64,000 bases of DNA. Source: Candidatus Levyibacteriota bacterium. GTDB taxonomy: Bacteria > Patescibacteriota > Microgenomatia > Levybacterales > UBA12049. Position numbers and translations under genes: made by a program. The notes under the pieces were generated by a model. It did not search any database and was not told the origin of the DNA. It was given only the letters and a program-made list of their open reading frames with translations. The stretch covers positions 15,240 through 79,239 of the forward strand of contig DAIDHL010000004.1 in assembly GCA_027459745.1 (NCBI GenBank). Direction: 5' to 3'. Shown here one piece after another: positions 1 through 9,558 of this stretch (positions are counted from its first letter, which is position 1; every line of letters starts with the position of its first letter).

Positions 1-1
1 G

Positions 2-118
2 TATGGTTTACGTACTGGAATATTTGGTGGAGCAGGAAATTTAATTTTTAATCGCTTTACAGGACCAGGTAGAGTCGGTATACAATCAATGTATCTTTAT
101 CTTCCAACGGGTAACTAA
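2..118 (+). CDS. C-terminal fragment of an AIM24-family protein (5' truncated by the window edge)
   Basis: Manual translation YGLRTGIFGGAGNLIFNRFTGPGRVGIQSMYLYLPTGN*; FGG...FTGPGRV.(L/I)QS is typical of the AIM24 C-terminus. Confidence 0.65.
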   Translation, partial: YGLRTGIFGGAGNLIFNRFTGPGRVGIQSMYLYLPTGN

Positions 119-123
119 GCGCT

Positions 124-441
124 TTATTTAAGATTGTGAATATCCTCTCTTAGTTGTTCATAAATCTCGTGTGCTGCATGTAAAAAATGTTTCTCAGCAT
201 CTTGCATATGCTTTCGTAAAACTTCCCAAGCTTTTTCATGATCTTGATTAGCTATATGCTGTAAAAATACTTTTTTATCTTCACCTTTGATATTACTCAA
301 TGCCTGGTCCATCATGACGTTATGAATTTGCTTCTGGGCGATTTGTAATAATTCTTCTTGTTGCTCCTGGGTTAAATCCAAACCTGACAATTCAACTTTT
401 ATATGTTCAAGCGTAACTAAATGTGAATAAAAATGCTTCAT
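124..441 (-). CDS. Hypothetical helical protein, 105 aa
   Basis: Clean ATG-TAA ORF, co-oriented with the upstream gene; no motif recognised. Confidence 0.7.
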   Translation of the reverse strand: MKHFYSHLVTLEHIKVELSGLDLTQEQQEELLQIAQKQIHNVMMDQALSNIKGEDKKVFLQHIANQDHEKAWEVLRKHMQDAEKHFLHAAHEIYEQLREDIHNLK

Positions 442-495
442 ATTGTATTTATATCAACTAAATATTATAAAAATGATTTAACTCATTTAGTATCA

Positions 496-1425
496 TTACT
501 TTACTTCAATCGGTCCTAAGGGAATATTTTCACCAGAGCCATTAATAAAAAAATATAAAACTGGCCCTTTTTCTGCACCATCTTGACGATCTAAGTAACT
601 CATAACTTCTGGCGAACCGCCTAATTGTTTACCAGTCCATGGAGATGGACCTGAATCGGCGATATCTGCCACCAATGCCTTACCATTTTGTGGATTAACC
701 ACCAACATTTTTCTATATTTGAAAAAGTTATTATAAACTATCACATGTTCATTATATCCTGGACTTAAAAATGTCGGTACAGCAATATACCATTTTTCTC
801 TTTGTACATCCAAGCTAGTCATACTTGCTGCAGAATCAGCAAAATATCCCCAGGCTCCTAATCCAGGTGCCATACCAGAGCCATAATATTTTTGCGCATC
901 AGCTTCAGATGTAAACATAGTAGACATAGAATCGCCTGGATAACGTGCTAAGTGCTGTTCTTCGCCTATATATCCATAATTTTGATTTAAGTGAATACCA
1001 TTAACATCAGCAACAACCGAAAAACCAAAGCGAGCTGATAATATTCCGGTAATGCGATCTTCTTGCTCAGGAGTCAAGGGAACAACAGATGAAGGTAATT
1101 TATTATACAAGTCATTAATCAAAAACATTCTTTTGTTCAGCATTCCAAATTGTTCATTTGAAGGGACTATGGGTGGAATGGTAGTCGGATTTTTCGTGGG
1201 TGCAACTTGAGCAGCGGGCGTTGCTATAGAGGTGGGCAAAAGATTAGGTGTAATGGATAACATCACAATGCTTGCCGCTGAAGCAGTAAAAGGAGCGGTA
1301 TTACGGGTTAGCCATTCCAAAGCATCTTTATGCTTTTGCCACAATCTTTGGTGCAATTTTTGCTCACGTTCACTCCACTTATTTTTAAGATGTTCATAGT
1401 GAGAAATATAGTTTTTCTGAGACAT
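496..1425 (-). CDS. Membrane-anchored protein with a C-terminal RlpA/double-psi-beta-barrel-like domain
   Basis: Hydrophobic segment, P/T-rich linker, C-terminal VVNPQNGKALVADIADSGP...LGGSPEVM resembling the RlpA DPBB 'V.N..NG......DRGP' motif. Confidence 0.55.
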   Translation of the reverse strand: MSQKNYISHYEHLKNKWSEREQKLHQRLWQKHKDALEWLTRNTAPFTASAASIVMLSITPNLLPTSIATPAAQVAPTKNPTTIPPIVPSNEQFGMLNKRMFLINDLYNKLPSSVVPLTPEQEDRITGILSARFGFSVVADVNGIHLNQNYGYIGEEQHLARYPGDSMSTMFTSEADAQKYYGSGMAPGLGAWGYFADSAASMTSLDVQREKWYIAVPTFLSPGYNEHVIVYNNFFKYRKMLVVNPQNGKALVADIADSGPSPWTGKQLGGSPEVMSYLDRQDGAEKGPVLYFFINGSGENIPLGPIEVK

Positions 1426-1506
1426 AAAGTTAAGGTGGTTTTTAATAATACCTGAGGACCTTCCCTTATTAACTTAGTTTGGCATGCTCTGGTGTAAGTG
1501 TCAAAT

Positions 1507-4041
1507 TTATAGAGTATATTTTCTTAAAAAAATATGCTTCATGAATTCAACTAAAATTAAATATGTCGAAACAAGGATAATTAAGATAAAGAAATAAAGG
1601 GGAGGAGGAGTAACCAATCCAAGCGTCCCTGCTAGAGGCGAAAATGGCAAGAGCAATGATACTAAGACTATGCCTACGCAAGTCCCCAGTAACCATTTAC
1701 TCGGTTTGCTTAAAAAGAATGGACTACGTGAAGTACGTATAACAAATACTACTAAAATTTCCGTAGCCATTGACTCAATAAACCAACCTGTCTGAAATAA
1801 AGCATTTTGCGCATGAAAGATATAGATCATTACTCCAAAAGTTAGAAAATCATAAACTGAACTGATCGGACCAAAAAATATCATGTAATTACGTATGAAA
1901 TTAATATTCCAGTGTCTCGGACGAATTAGAGATTCATGATCCACATTGTCGGTAGGAATACTTAATTGTGATAAATCATATAGACCATTGGTAAGTAGAA
2001 TTTGCACTGGAGTCATAGGCAAAAATGGTAAGAGAAAAGAAGCACCTGCGGCTGAGAACATATTACCAAAATTAGAACTTGTACCCATCAAGATGTATTT
2101 GATTGTATTATTAAATGTCCGTCTTCCCTCCATGATACCATCAGCAATGACATCCAAACTCTTACGTAACAATACAATAGCAGCAGCATCTTTCGCGACA
2201 TCTATTGCAGTATTAACGGATATCCCCACATCAGCACTGCGCAGGGCGGGGATATCGTTGATGCCATCCCCCATAAAACCAACTGTATGACCTATATCTC
2301 TTAGAGTTTGAATTATTTTTAATTTTTGTGTTGGACTAACTCGGGTAAAAAGATTGGCTTGTTCAACTTTTTTCCTTAAGTCTTCATCAGTTAGCTTATC
2401 CATTTGCGGACCTGTAAGGACTCCTGCAACATTCATACCAACTTCTTTACAAACTTTTTGTGCAATAATCTCATTGTCTCCTGTAATTACTTTAATAGAT
2501 ATGTTTAACTTATTTAACTTCATTAACGCTTCTTTGGCTGAGGTTTTAGGAATATCGAGAAAACTCAAATATCCTAAAAATCTTAAATCTTTAACATCAT
2601 CCCATGAATAATCTTCTTTTTTGTTTATCTCTTTTTCTGCAATGGCAACGATACGTAAACCATCTTGGTTTAATTTAGAAAACTTTTCCGCCAGTTCTTT
2701 TCTCTGTCTATCATCGACACACCAGTCTAAAATAGCTTGTGGTGCACCCTTTACTATTAAACTATATTTACCCTCTTTAGCAATAACACTAAACATTGCC
2801 TTACGCGTATAATCAAAAGATTCCTCATCAACTTTACTGACATTTGCTGTTAAATGAATATGATTCTTGATGGCATAATGCCATATGGAAACATCAATTG
2901 CATTACCTGCAACTTTATGATGAATTATGGCTGTATTACACCTTAGACCGGCAATAAGTACTTGAGGATTTTTATGACCTTCTGCATCGATATAATCTAC
3001 CACCTCGATATTACCTTCAGTTAGAGTCCCTGTTTTGTCAGTACATAAAACATCCATATTTCCCAAATTCTCAATCGCAATCAGCTGTTTGGCTACAACT
3101 TTTTTCTTAGCAAGTTTTCCTGCTCCATGCGACAAACTAACAGTAACAATTACAGGTAGTAATTCTGGTGTTAAGCCAACAGCAATTGCCAGGGAAAAAA
3201 TCAAAGAATCAAGCAATTTATGACCTAATAGTGCATTAATTAAAAAGATTGCAGTAGTTAAAATTAAAATAACTTTTACTAATAATTGTCCGAATTTAGT
3301 CAATCCTTTTTCAAAATCAGTTTCCGGTTTTACATATAATGCAGATTTAGCAATTTTGCCGAATTCCGTTTGTTTGGCAATGTTGATTACAACACCTCTG
3401 GCTGAACCGCTCTCAACTGATGTTCCCATAAAAGCAATGTTTGACATCTCAGTCAAATTATTAGACTTTAAGTCAACAGCATTAGCAATCTTAAATACCG
3501 TCTTTGACTCACCGGTCAATGGAGATTCATTAACTTCCATGTCCTTACTTTCAATAATTCGTAAATCAGCAGGAATAATCGAACCCTCTGATAAAATCAC
3601 AATATCTCCGACTGTTAATTGCGAAACAGGAATTTCTAAATGCTCATCGTTACGCATTACCACAGCTGTGGGAGATATTTTTTTTAATAGATTGTCAATG
3701 GTCCTTTCTGCCGCATATTCGTTCCACATACCTAAAAACACGCTAATGAAAATTAAAGCAAAGATATAATAAGAGCTAATTTGCTGGCCTAAAAAGAAAG
3801 AAATTAAGGTGGCAACAGCTAATACGATAATTAATGGATTATCTTTGAACTGTCTGAGAAATATAAGTAAGGGGTTTACGTTTCTTTTGTGTATAGTATT
3901 TAGTCCATATTCACGCTGTCTATTCAATGCTTCGGTATTAGATAAACCTCCCAGTCGTGTTTGCAAACCGGTTAGTGTATCTTCGAAACTTAACTTGCAG
4001 AAGTAACTTGCATCTTTAACTACCTTATTTTTTTCATCCAT
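1507..4041 (-). CDS. mgtA: Magnesium-translocating P-type ATPase
   Basis: DKTGTLT phosphorylation site, TGES, GDGIND, AVGLTPE and SSNFGNMFS..GAS.LLPFLPM motifs typical of MgtA/B. Confidence 0.93.
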   Translation of the reverse strand: MDEKNKVVKDASYFCKLSFEDTLTGLQTRLGGLSNTEALNRQREYGLNTIHKRNVNPLLIFLRQFKDNPLIIVLAVATLISFFLGQQISSYYIFALIFISVFLGMWNEYAAERTIDNLLKKISPTAVVMRNDEHLEIPVSQLTVGDIVILSEGSIIPADLRIIESKDMEVNESPLTGESKTVFKIANAVDLKSNNLTEMSNIAFMGTSVESGSARGVVINIAKQTEFGKIAKSALYVKPETDFEKGLTKFGQLLVKVILILTTAIFLINALLGHKLLDSLIFSLAIAVGLTPELLPVIVTVSLSHGAGKLAKKKVVAKQLIAIENLGNMDVLCTDKTGTLTEGNIEVVDYIDAEGHKNPQVLIAGLRCNTAIIHHKVAGNAIDVSIWHYAIKNHIHLTANVSKVDEESFDYTRKAMFSVIAKEGKYSLIVKGAPQAILDWCVDDRQRKELAEKFSKLNQDGLRIVAIAEKEINKKEDYSWDDVKDLRFLGYLSFLDIPKTSAKEALMKLNKLNISIKVITGDNEIIAQKVCKEVGMNVAGVLTGPQMDKLTDEDLRKKVEQANLFTRVSPTQKLKIIQTLRDIGHTVGFMGDGINDIPALRSADVGISVNTAIDVAKDAAAIVLLRKSLDVIADGIMEGRRTFNNTIKYILMGTSSNFGNMFSAAGASFLLPFLPMTPVQILLTNGLYDLSQLSIPTDNVDHESLIRPRHWNINFIRNYMIFFGPISSVYDFLTFGVMIYIFHAQNALFQTGWFIESMATEILVVFVIRTSRSPFFLSKPSKWLLGTCVGIVLVSLLLPFSPLAGTLGLVTPPPLYFFILIILVSTYLILVEFMKHIFLRKYTL

Positions 4042-4097
4042 ATACTCATCGTAGCTACTATTAATTTTAAGATCAATGACCTAAATATAAATTAAAA

Positions 4098-5363
4098 CTA
4101 TGAAGGTAAAAATTGAGAGACTAACAATGCAATAGAGCTAATTGCTATCAAAGCAAAAGTAATAATAACTATAATATTAATTATTCTACCATTGCGATAT
4201 CCATTTAATAATTTCTTATCATTAGCAAGTATATATACAAAGACAAGTACGGGTAATAACAAAACTGCATTTATAGCTTGCGTGAAGAATAATATCTGTA
4301 GAAGTGGTAAAAATGGAGCTATAACTAATATTGCGCCAATAAACAAGCTAAAAGAGAACAATCCATAAAACTCTGGCGCTTCGGTAAACGAGAAATTAAG
4401 TCCTGACTCAAAACCAAATGCTTCAGTAATTACATATGACGTAGCAACCGGAACTAAGGCAGCGCCGAATAAAGATGCATTTAACAAACCAAAAGCAAAC
4501 AAAATTCCCGCAAACTGACCAGCTAAAGGCTGTAATGCAATAGCTGCATCTTTAGCATCACTTATGGGAATATTATGAGCGAATAGTGTTACAGCACAAG
4601 CCACAATAATAAAGAAAGAAATGAAATTAGTTATAAAAGAACCTAAAAAGACATCCGCTCTTTCCGGATTCAGATCCTCTTTAGTCAATTTTTTGTCTAC
4701 TACATAATCTTGAATAAAAAATTGACCCCAAGGTGTAATTGTTGTACCTATAACTGCAATCATTGTAATAAGATAATTTTTACTTAAACTAAAATGTGGT
4801 GTAACTAGACTTTCCACAGCAACTCCCCAGTGTGGATGAGACATAAAAGCAGAAATAATGTAAACTAAATAGAAAGCAGAAGCAACTAAAAATATTTTCT
4901 CTAATTTTTTAAAACTTCCTTTAGTAACCAGAAAGAAAACTAGCAGAACAGCAAACGGGATTGAAACGTATTTATTAATATTGAATACTTCCAATGCAGA
5001 AGCGATTCCGGCAAATTCCGCTGCAATTGTTCCAATATTAGCGATGAGTAAAACTACCATAATAAATGTAGTCCAACGAATTCCAAACTTTTCACGAATC
5101 AAAGAAGCTAAACCCTTACCTGTAGCCAATCCCATTCTTGCTCCTATTTCCTGAGTAACAGCCAAACTGAAAGTAGTTATAAATAAAACCCACAACAATG
5201 AAAGCCCAAAGCTAGCACCTGCAACAGAATAAGTCGCAATACCACCCGCATCATTGTCTACTGAACCAGAAATAATACCTGGTCCTAATATGGCTAAAAT
5301 AGGCAAAATTCTTCCAAATCTTGTTTTAAATAGGTTCTTCATATTCTTCTCCTCTCTGTACAT
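4098..5363 (-). CDS. NRAMP-family divalent cation transporter (Mg2+-type, DNDAGG variant); start may be 5342
   Basis: GPG...DNDAGGIATYS and GTTITPW motifs, about 11 TM helices. Confidence 0.88.
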   Translation of the reverse strand: MYREEKNMKNLFKTRFGRILPILAILGPGIISGSVDNDAGGIATYSVAGASFGLSLLWVLFITTFSLAVTQEIGARMGLATGKGLASLIREKFGIRWTTFIMVVLLIANIGTIAAEFAGIASALEVFNINKYVSIPFAVLLVFFLVTKGSFKKLEKIFLVASAFYLVYIISAFMSHPHWGVAVESLVTPHFSLSKNYLITMIAVIGTTITPWGQFFIQDYVVDKKLTKEDLNPERADVFLGSFITNFISFFIIVACAVTLFAHNIPISDAKDAAIALQPLAGQFAGILFAFGLLNASLFGAALVPVATSYVITEAFGFESGLNFSFTEAPEFYGLFSFSLFIGAILVIAPFLPLLQILFFTQAINAVLLLPVLVFVYILANDKKLLNGYRNGRIINIIVIITFALIAISSIALLVSQFLPS

Positions 5364-6513
5364 GTTCTAGAACTGTATCAACTGAAATAGCACCAATTAC
5401 TTTATCATTTTCATCTACCACAGGCAGTAGACGAAGATTATACTCGGAGAATGTTCTTAATATTTCTTTAAAAGGGGCATCTGAGGTAACAGATTGTGCA
5501 GAAATTGCCACATCTTTTAGACTTGAATCTGGTTCTAGATTAAATAAATTTCTTACTGCAATTATTCCTTTTAAAGTATCTTCATTATCCACAACAACTA
5601 CGACCTCAGGACGTCTACGCATTAAGCGTAAAAATTCTATGGTTTCTGCAACTGTCGTATCTTCTTTCTCACGATAAAAATTAACATCCATCAGACCTCC
5701 AGCAACATTATCAGGATATACAGATAACCGTCTGACGTTTTGAATCTTATCCTGTTCAAGATTTTGAAAAATCTCCTTGCTGGTAAAAGGATTTAATTCT
5801 TTAAGAATATCTACAATATCTGCCACTGACATTTTTTGGACAATCTTCTTTAATGAATCTTTTGGTAAAGACTCCAATATTGATTGTTGTGTCTCTGGAT
5901 CTGCTTCTCCCAATGCTGCTGCCGCCATTCGTGGATCAAGTAATTCGACCACACCCAATCTTTCTTTTGTTCCTGCATCTTCTAAAATGTCAGCAATTTC
6001 CGCTGGATGAAATGCATTTAAGCTATTCTGACTTAATTTCAATCTAACCTGTCCCATTTGATAATCAAAAGCCTCAATCAATGTCCAAGGAATAGAAATA
6101 GTGCGCAAATTAAAGACGACTCCCAATCCGAGTCGTCTTAATATTCCAGAAAATCCGATATCGATTCCCACAATTTTATATACACCATTTTTTTTAAGGA
6201 TTACATCATTTACCCGCACTAGACGACGACCAGTAACATCGATCACTTGTTTATCCAACAAATCCTCTGCTAAATAAAAATCTTTATCATTATATGGAGA
6301 TAAAGTAATATCTTCAGTTTCAATGAAAAATCTTTTCTCGGTAAATTTTACTTGGTCAGTAGGTAAAGTGAACTTCTTACCTTCTTTGCGAATTAAAATA
6401 GTGGAAACATTAGCAGTAGATAAATCTTGAACCACACCAAAATCAATGACTTTAGCATACTCTCGTTGTCCTACGTAGACTGGTTTGTTTAATAATTGGC
6501 TCAGATAAACCAT
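5326..6513 (-). CDS. Soluble PRC-barrel + MgtE N-domain + CBS-pair protein (MgtE cytoplasmic part without the TM domain)
   Basis: LLDKQVIDVTGRRLVRVND, HPAEIADILE, YPDNVAGGLM, tandem CBS domains; ATG 6513 preceded by AAGGAGG. Confidence 0.85.
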   Translation of the reverse strand: MVYLSQLLNKPVYVGQREYAKVIDFGVVQDLSTANVSTILIRKEGKKFTLPTDQVKFTEKRFFIETEDITLSPYNDKDFYLAEDLLDKQVIDVTGRRLVRVNDVILKKNGVYKIVGIDIGFSGILRRLGLGVVFNLRTISIPWTLIEAFDYQMGQVRLKLSQNSLNAFHPAEIADILEDAGTKERLGVVELLDPRMAAAALGEADPETQQSILESLPKDSLKKIVQKMSVADIVDILKELNPFTSKEIFQNLEQDKIQNVRRLSVYPDNVAGGLMDVNFYREKEDTTVAETIEFLRLMRRRPEVVVVVDNEDTLKGIIAVRNLFNLEPDSSLKDVAISAQSVTSDAPFKEILRTFSEYNLRLLPVVDENDKVIGAISVDTVLEHVQRGEEYEEPI

Positions 6514-6653
6514 ATCGCCCTCCTTTCGGACCAGAGCCAAAATATGCATGAGACTTTTAAACCAAGAAAAAGCACCAGTTTCAGCAACCTTTTAGGTGAA
6601 CTTAAAATGCTCGCCTGCCAAAATCACTCATGTTTATTTTCAACTCTAGTTGA
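6514..6653 (-). promoter_or_regulatory. Structured 5' leader of the Mg2+ transport operon with an SD-sequestering GAAA hairpin
   Basis: Minus strand GCUCuggUCC-GAAA-GGAGGGC covers the AGGAGG SD; CAUGAG...CUCAUG closing stem; internal hairpin AGGCGAGC/GUUCACCU. Confidence 0.5.
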
Positions 6654-6683
6654 ATTATCCGCCTCGATTTGCAGGTTTGTCAA
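6654..6683 (-). promoter_or_regulatory. Sigma70-type promoter of the Mg2+ operon
   Basis: TTGACA-N18-GATAAT on the minus strand. Confidence 0.5.
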
Positions 6684-6699
6684 TAAGAAGAATAGATTT

Positions 6700-7767
6700 T
6701 TAAATAGCGGGTGTTATTATTTTACCTGTTGGTTGCTCAAAAACTTTGCCATTATCAACAATTTTTCGTCCGTGCAGATAGACAGACATTATTTTCCCTT
6801 TAATTTGCATACCTGCAAATGGTGTCCACCCGCATTTACTGACTATTTTGTCGTTACTTAAAACATATTTCTGAGAAGTGTCAATTTCCACATATGTATC
6901 CAACTGTTCAGGTATAGAAAAAATTCTTCTTGGATTTGTATTTGTAACAGTTATCAATGTTTCCAAACTTATTCTCTTCTCAGCCACAGCCGTCAATAAT
7001 AACGGCAATGATGTTTCAACGCCTGGCACTCCAAAAGGAGAATTTTCGGAATTTTCTTTTTCTTCAATAGTATGGGGTGCATGATCTGTAGCGACAATAT
7101 CAATAAGACCTTCTCGCAATCCCTCCCACAAAGCATCCTGATCCATTTGTGTTTTCAGGACAGGTTTCATAACTGCATAGGCGCCAATCCGTTTTATATC
7201 CTCATCTGTCAAAAATAGATTATTAGGTGTAACTTCGCATGTTATATTCATTCCACTTTTCTTTGCTTTAACTACAGACATTAATTCTTGTTTTGAAGTT
7301 AAATGTGCAACATGAACTTTTGTACGATATTTCCCTGCTAATTCTATCGCTCTGTCTAATGTCTCATCTTCTGCATGAACAATTAATGTTTTTCCGTTAG
7401 GAATATGAGCAAAAATCTTTTCTGCTTCTTCAGGCGTAACTTTTAAATTACCTGTTGTATGATTCATATACAGCTTGTAGCCAAACACCTGATTTTTAAC
7501 TTCTTCAAAAAAAGGCAGAGCCTCCATGGTAGCGGCAAAATGAAACCCTAAATCGTTATAGATACGATTTTCTGCAAGCTTAAATTTTTCTTTCAAGGCC
7601 AGAGGATTTGAAGTAGGGATTGGATTATTTGGCATATCCAGAACAGTCGTTACCCCACCTGAAATAGCCGCTCTGGTGCCAGTTGCCATATCCTCTTTCT
7701 GAGCAGCACCCGGCTCTCTTAAATGAGTATGGACATCAATTACACCTGGTATGGTAAGTAGTTTCAT
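6700..7767 (-). CDS. pyrC: Dihydroorotase
   Basis: IDVHTHLREPG, DMPNN.P, CEVTP, ATDHAPH, SKCGWTPF motifs. Confidence 0.92.
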   Translation of the reverse strand: MKLLTIPGVIDVHTHLREPGAAQKEDMATGTRAAISGGVTTVLDMPNNPIPTSNPLALKEKFKLAENRIYNDLGFHFAATMEALPFFEEVKNQVFGYKLYMNHTTGNLKVTPEEAEKIFAHIPNGKTLIVHAEDETLDRAIELAGKYRTKVHVAHLTSKQELMSVVKAKKSGMNITCEVTPNNLFLTDEDIKRIGAYAVMKPVLKTQMDQDALWEGLREGLIDIVATDHAPHTIEEKENSENSPFGVPGVETSLPLLLTAVAEKRISLETLITVTNTNPRRIFSIPEQLDTYVEIDTSQKYVLSNDKIVSKCGWTPFAGMQIKGKIMSVYLHGRKIVDNGKVFEQPTGKIITPAI

Positions 7768-8831
7768 AGAGTCTTTTTAATTTCCTGCGCCAAGAAAGGA
7801 TCCCACATTGCACCGGTGGCCGACATCACACTATCTGCTCCCGCTTCTATATAATCAAAATAATCCTTAGGAGTCATTACACCCCCTATACCTTCAATAT
7901 TAAATTTAAATTTTTTTCGCTCACGAATTTTTTTAAGCCTGCTAACTGTATCAATACCTGCCCATTTAATTCCTGCCCCACAAACTCCAGACCTAGCTCT
8001 ACCCTTACCAGGCAGTGCTTGCTCACCCTTATCATCTACAATTGTTGCTTGCAAAGTATTAATCCCAGCAATTGCATTGGCATATTCATTAGCAATTTCT
8101 GAAATTTTCTCCAATTGTTTATCATCTGAATAATATCCAACTTTTAATGTCAAAGGTAAATTACCAATTACTGAACGAATACCTTTGGAAATTTTTTCTG
8201 TAACTTCCAAATTGTAACAAACCAAGCCCTCATTACCAATATTAGGACATGACAAATTAGTCTCAAGTACTTTAGCCCCAGTCTCAGCAGCCAATTTGGC
8301 AGCCAAAATATAATCATTAATAAATTCTTGTTGGGTTTGATTAGGTTTTACAGTACCCATGAAACTCACAACTAGAACTTGACCTTTACCAGCATAGCTT
8401 ATAGCCTTTTTCACATCCTCCTGCCATACTTCAACATTTTTAGATGGTACACCAAATGAATTAGTAATTGACAATGGCTGCGTATAGTTAATATCTGCTT
8501 GGAGCGGATTTTGTAGGACTTCTAATGAAAGATCACCTGATGGATGAATCGCCAAAACATTGGGGAAAGGATGACAAGGAAAGAAATTTGTTCTAACTGT
8601 TTTATAGACAACTAAATCAAAACCTTTCTCGAAAGCAGCTTTGACAAAATTACTATTCAAGACTGGCCCTGCGGGAATTCCAAAAGGCAAATAGACTGGC
8701 TGCCCTAAGTAAGTTTTACTAGGCTCTCCACTTTGCTGATAAACTTTTCCATCCGCAAATGCACCAAATGGTCCTTCGTCATAATTTTCTTCATACGACT
8801 TTTTCGGATCATAGAAAGGATTTTGTAGCAT
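7764..8831 (-). CDS. pyrD: Dihydroorotate dehydrogenase (soluble, FMN TIM barrel)
   Basis: PFGIPAGP, TNSFGVPS, ETNLSCPN, INT, GIGGV motifs; located in the pyr operon. Confidence 0.8.
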   Translation of the reverse strand: MLQNPFYDPKKSYEENYDEGPFGAFADGKVYQQSGEPSKTYLGQPVYLPFGIPAGPVLNSNFVKAAFEKGFDLVVYKTVRTNFFPCHPFPNVLAIHPSGDLSLEVLQNPLQADINYTQPLSITNSFGVPSKNVEVWQEDVKKAISYAGKGQVLVVSFMGTVKPNQTQQEFINDYILAAKLAAETGAKVLETNLSCPNIGNEGLVCYNLEVTEKISKGIRSVIGNLPLTLKVGYYSDDKQLEKISEIANEYANAIAGINTLQATIVDDKGEQALPGKGRARSGVCGAGIKWAGIDTVSRLKKIRERKKFKFNIEGIGGVMTPKDYFDYIEAGADSVMSATGAMWDPFLAQEIKKTL

Positions 8832-8835
8832 AAAA

Positions 8836-9558
8836 TTATTGTCTTAAATAAGTTACAACTTTTTTATATTTTTCTTCTGTTATCTGTTTACTTGAACGAA
8901 GATATTCCAGAATTGAATAAATATCCATTGCAGCATATGTTTTATAGCCCATATCTAGCATCTTTTGCACTCCTCCTTGACTCCTATCTACTAAAACGAC
9001 CAAAGCTACAACTTCATAACCAAGTTTTTTAGCTTCTTCAAGTGCTTCGACTTTAGAATTACCATGCGCAATCACATCATCAATAATTACTAATTTTTTA
9101 CCTTGAACTTTTTCTGCATCCGGCTTAGCCACTATTGCCCTCGTACTATCACCTTCAACTTTATCAAAAATATCTACAAAAGGAATATCGGTCAAGATTG
9201 AGTATTCTTCTGCAAATGCAATCGCAGTCTTAGGGATAGCAGTACAATAATCTACTGTAGTATCTATTTTTACTTGTGATAACACTTCACCTATTTTCCC
9301 TATCAAATTTGGGGGTAATTTGCGTAAGTTAATATAAATTTGTGAGAGTGCAGCATCTGGTCTTTCTTCATGAATCTTCAAAGCAAATTCCTCTTCATTA
9401 ACAGGAAAATCTATCGGACTGGTATCCCGTTCAATGGTATAAAAAGAAAACTTTCCTTCAGGGTCTTGTTTGCGACGACGGACCTTTGCGTATGTTTTGG
9501 TGGAAATAAATAAATCTACTAATTCTTTTTGTGATTGTGTTAGCTGTTTGATATCCAT
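8836..9558 (-). CDS. pyrE: Orotate phosphoribosyltransferase, divergent, with N-terminal extension
   Basis: PRPP-binding LVIIDDVIAHGNS, IYINLR, VLVDRSQGG; lies between pyrF and pyrD. Confidence 0.8.
   Translation of the reverse strand: MDIKQLTQSQKELVDLFISTKTYAKVRRRKQDPEGKFSFYTIERDTSPIDFPVNEEEFALKIHEERPDAALSQIYINLRKLPPNLIGKIGEVLSQVKIDTTVDYCTAIPKTAIAFAEEYSILTDIPFVDIFDKVEGDSTRAIVAKPDAEKVQGKKLVIIDDVIAHGNSKVEALEEAKKLGYEVVALVVLVDRSQGGVQKMLDMGYKTYAAMDIYSILEYLRSSKQITEEKYKKVVTYLRQ

Noticed and set aside
6514-6545. GGUCCGAAAGGA resembles the SRP RNA domain IV loop
   Set aside because: Lacks the flanking CAGG/AGCAG internal-loop motif and long stem, and overlaps the SD of the next gene
6514-6653. M-box (ykoK) or yybP-ykoY riboswitch
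   Set aside because: Consensus segments (UUAGGUGAGGCU...; GGGAGUAG...CAAGACC) are not visible on the sense strand; kept only as an unknown leader
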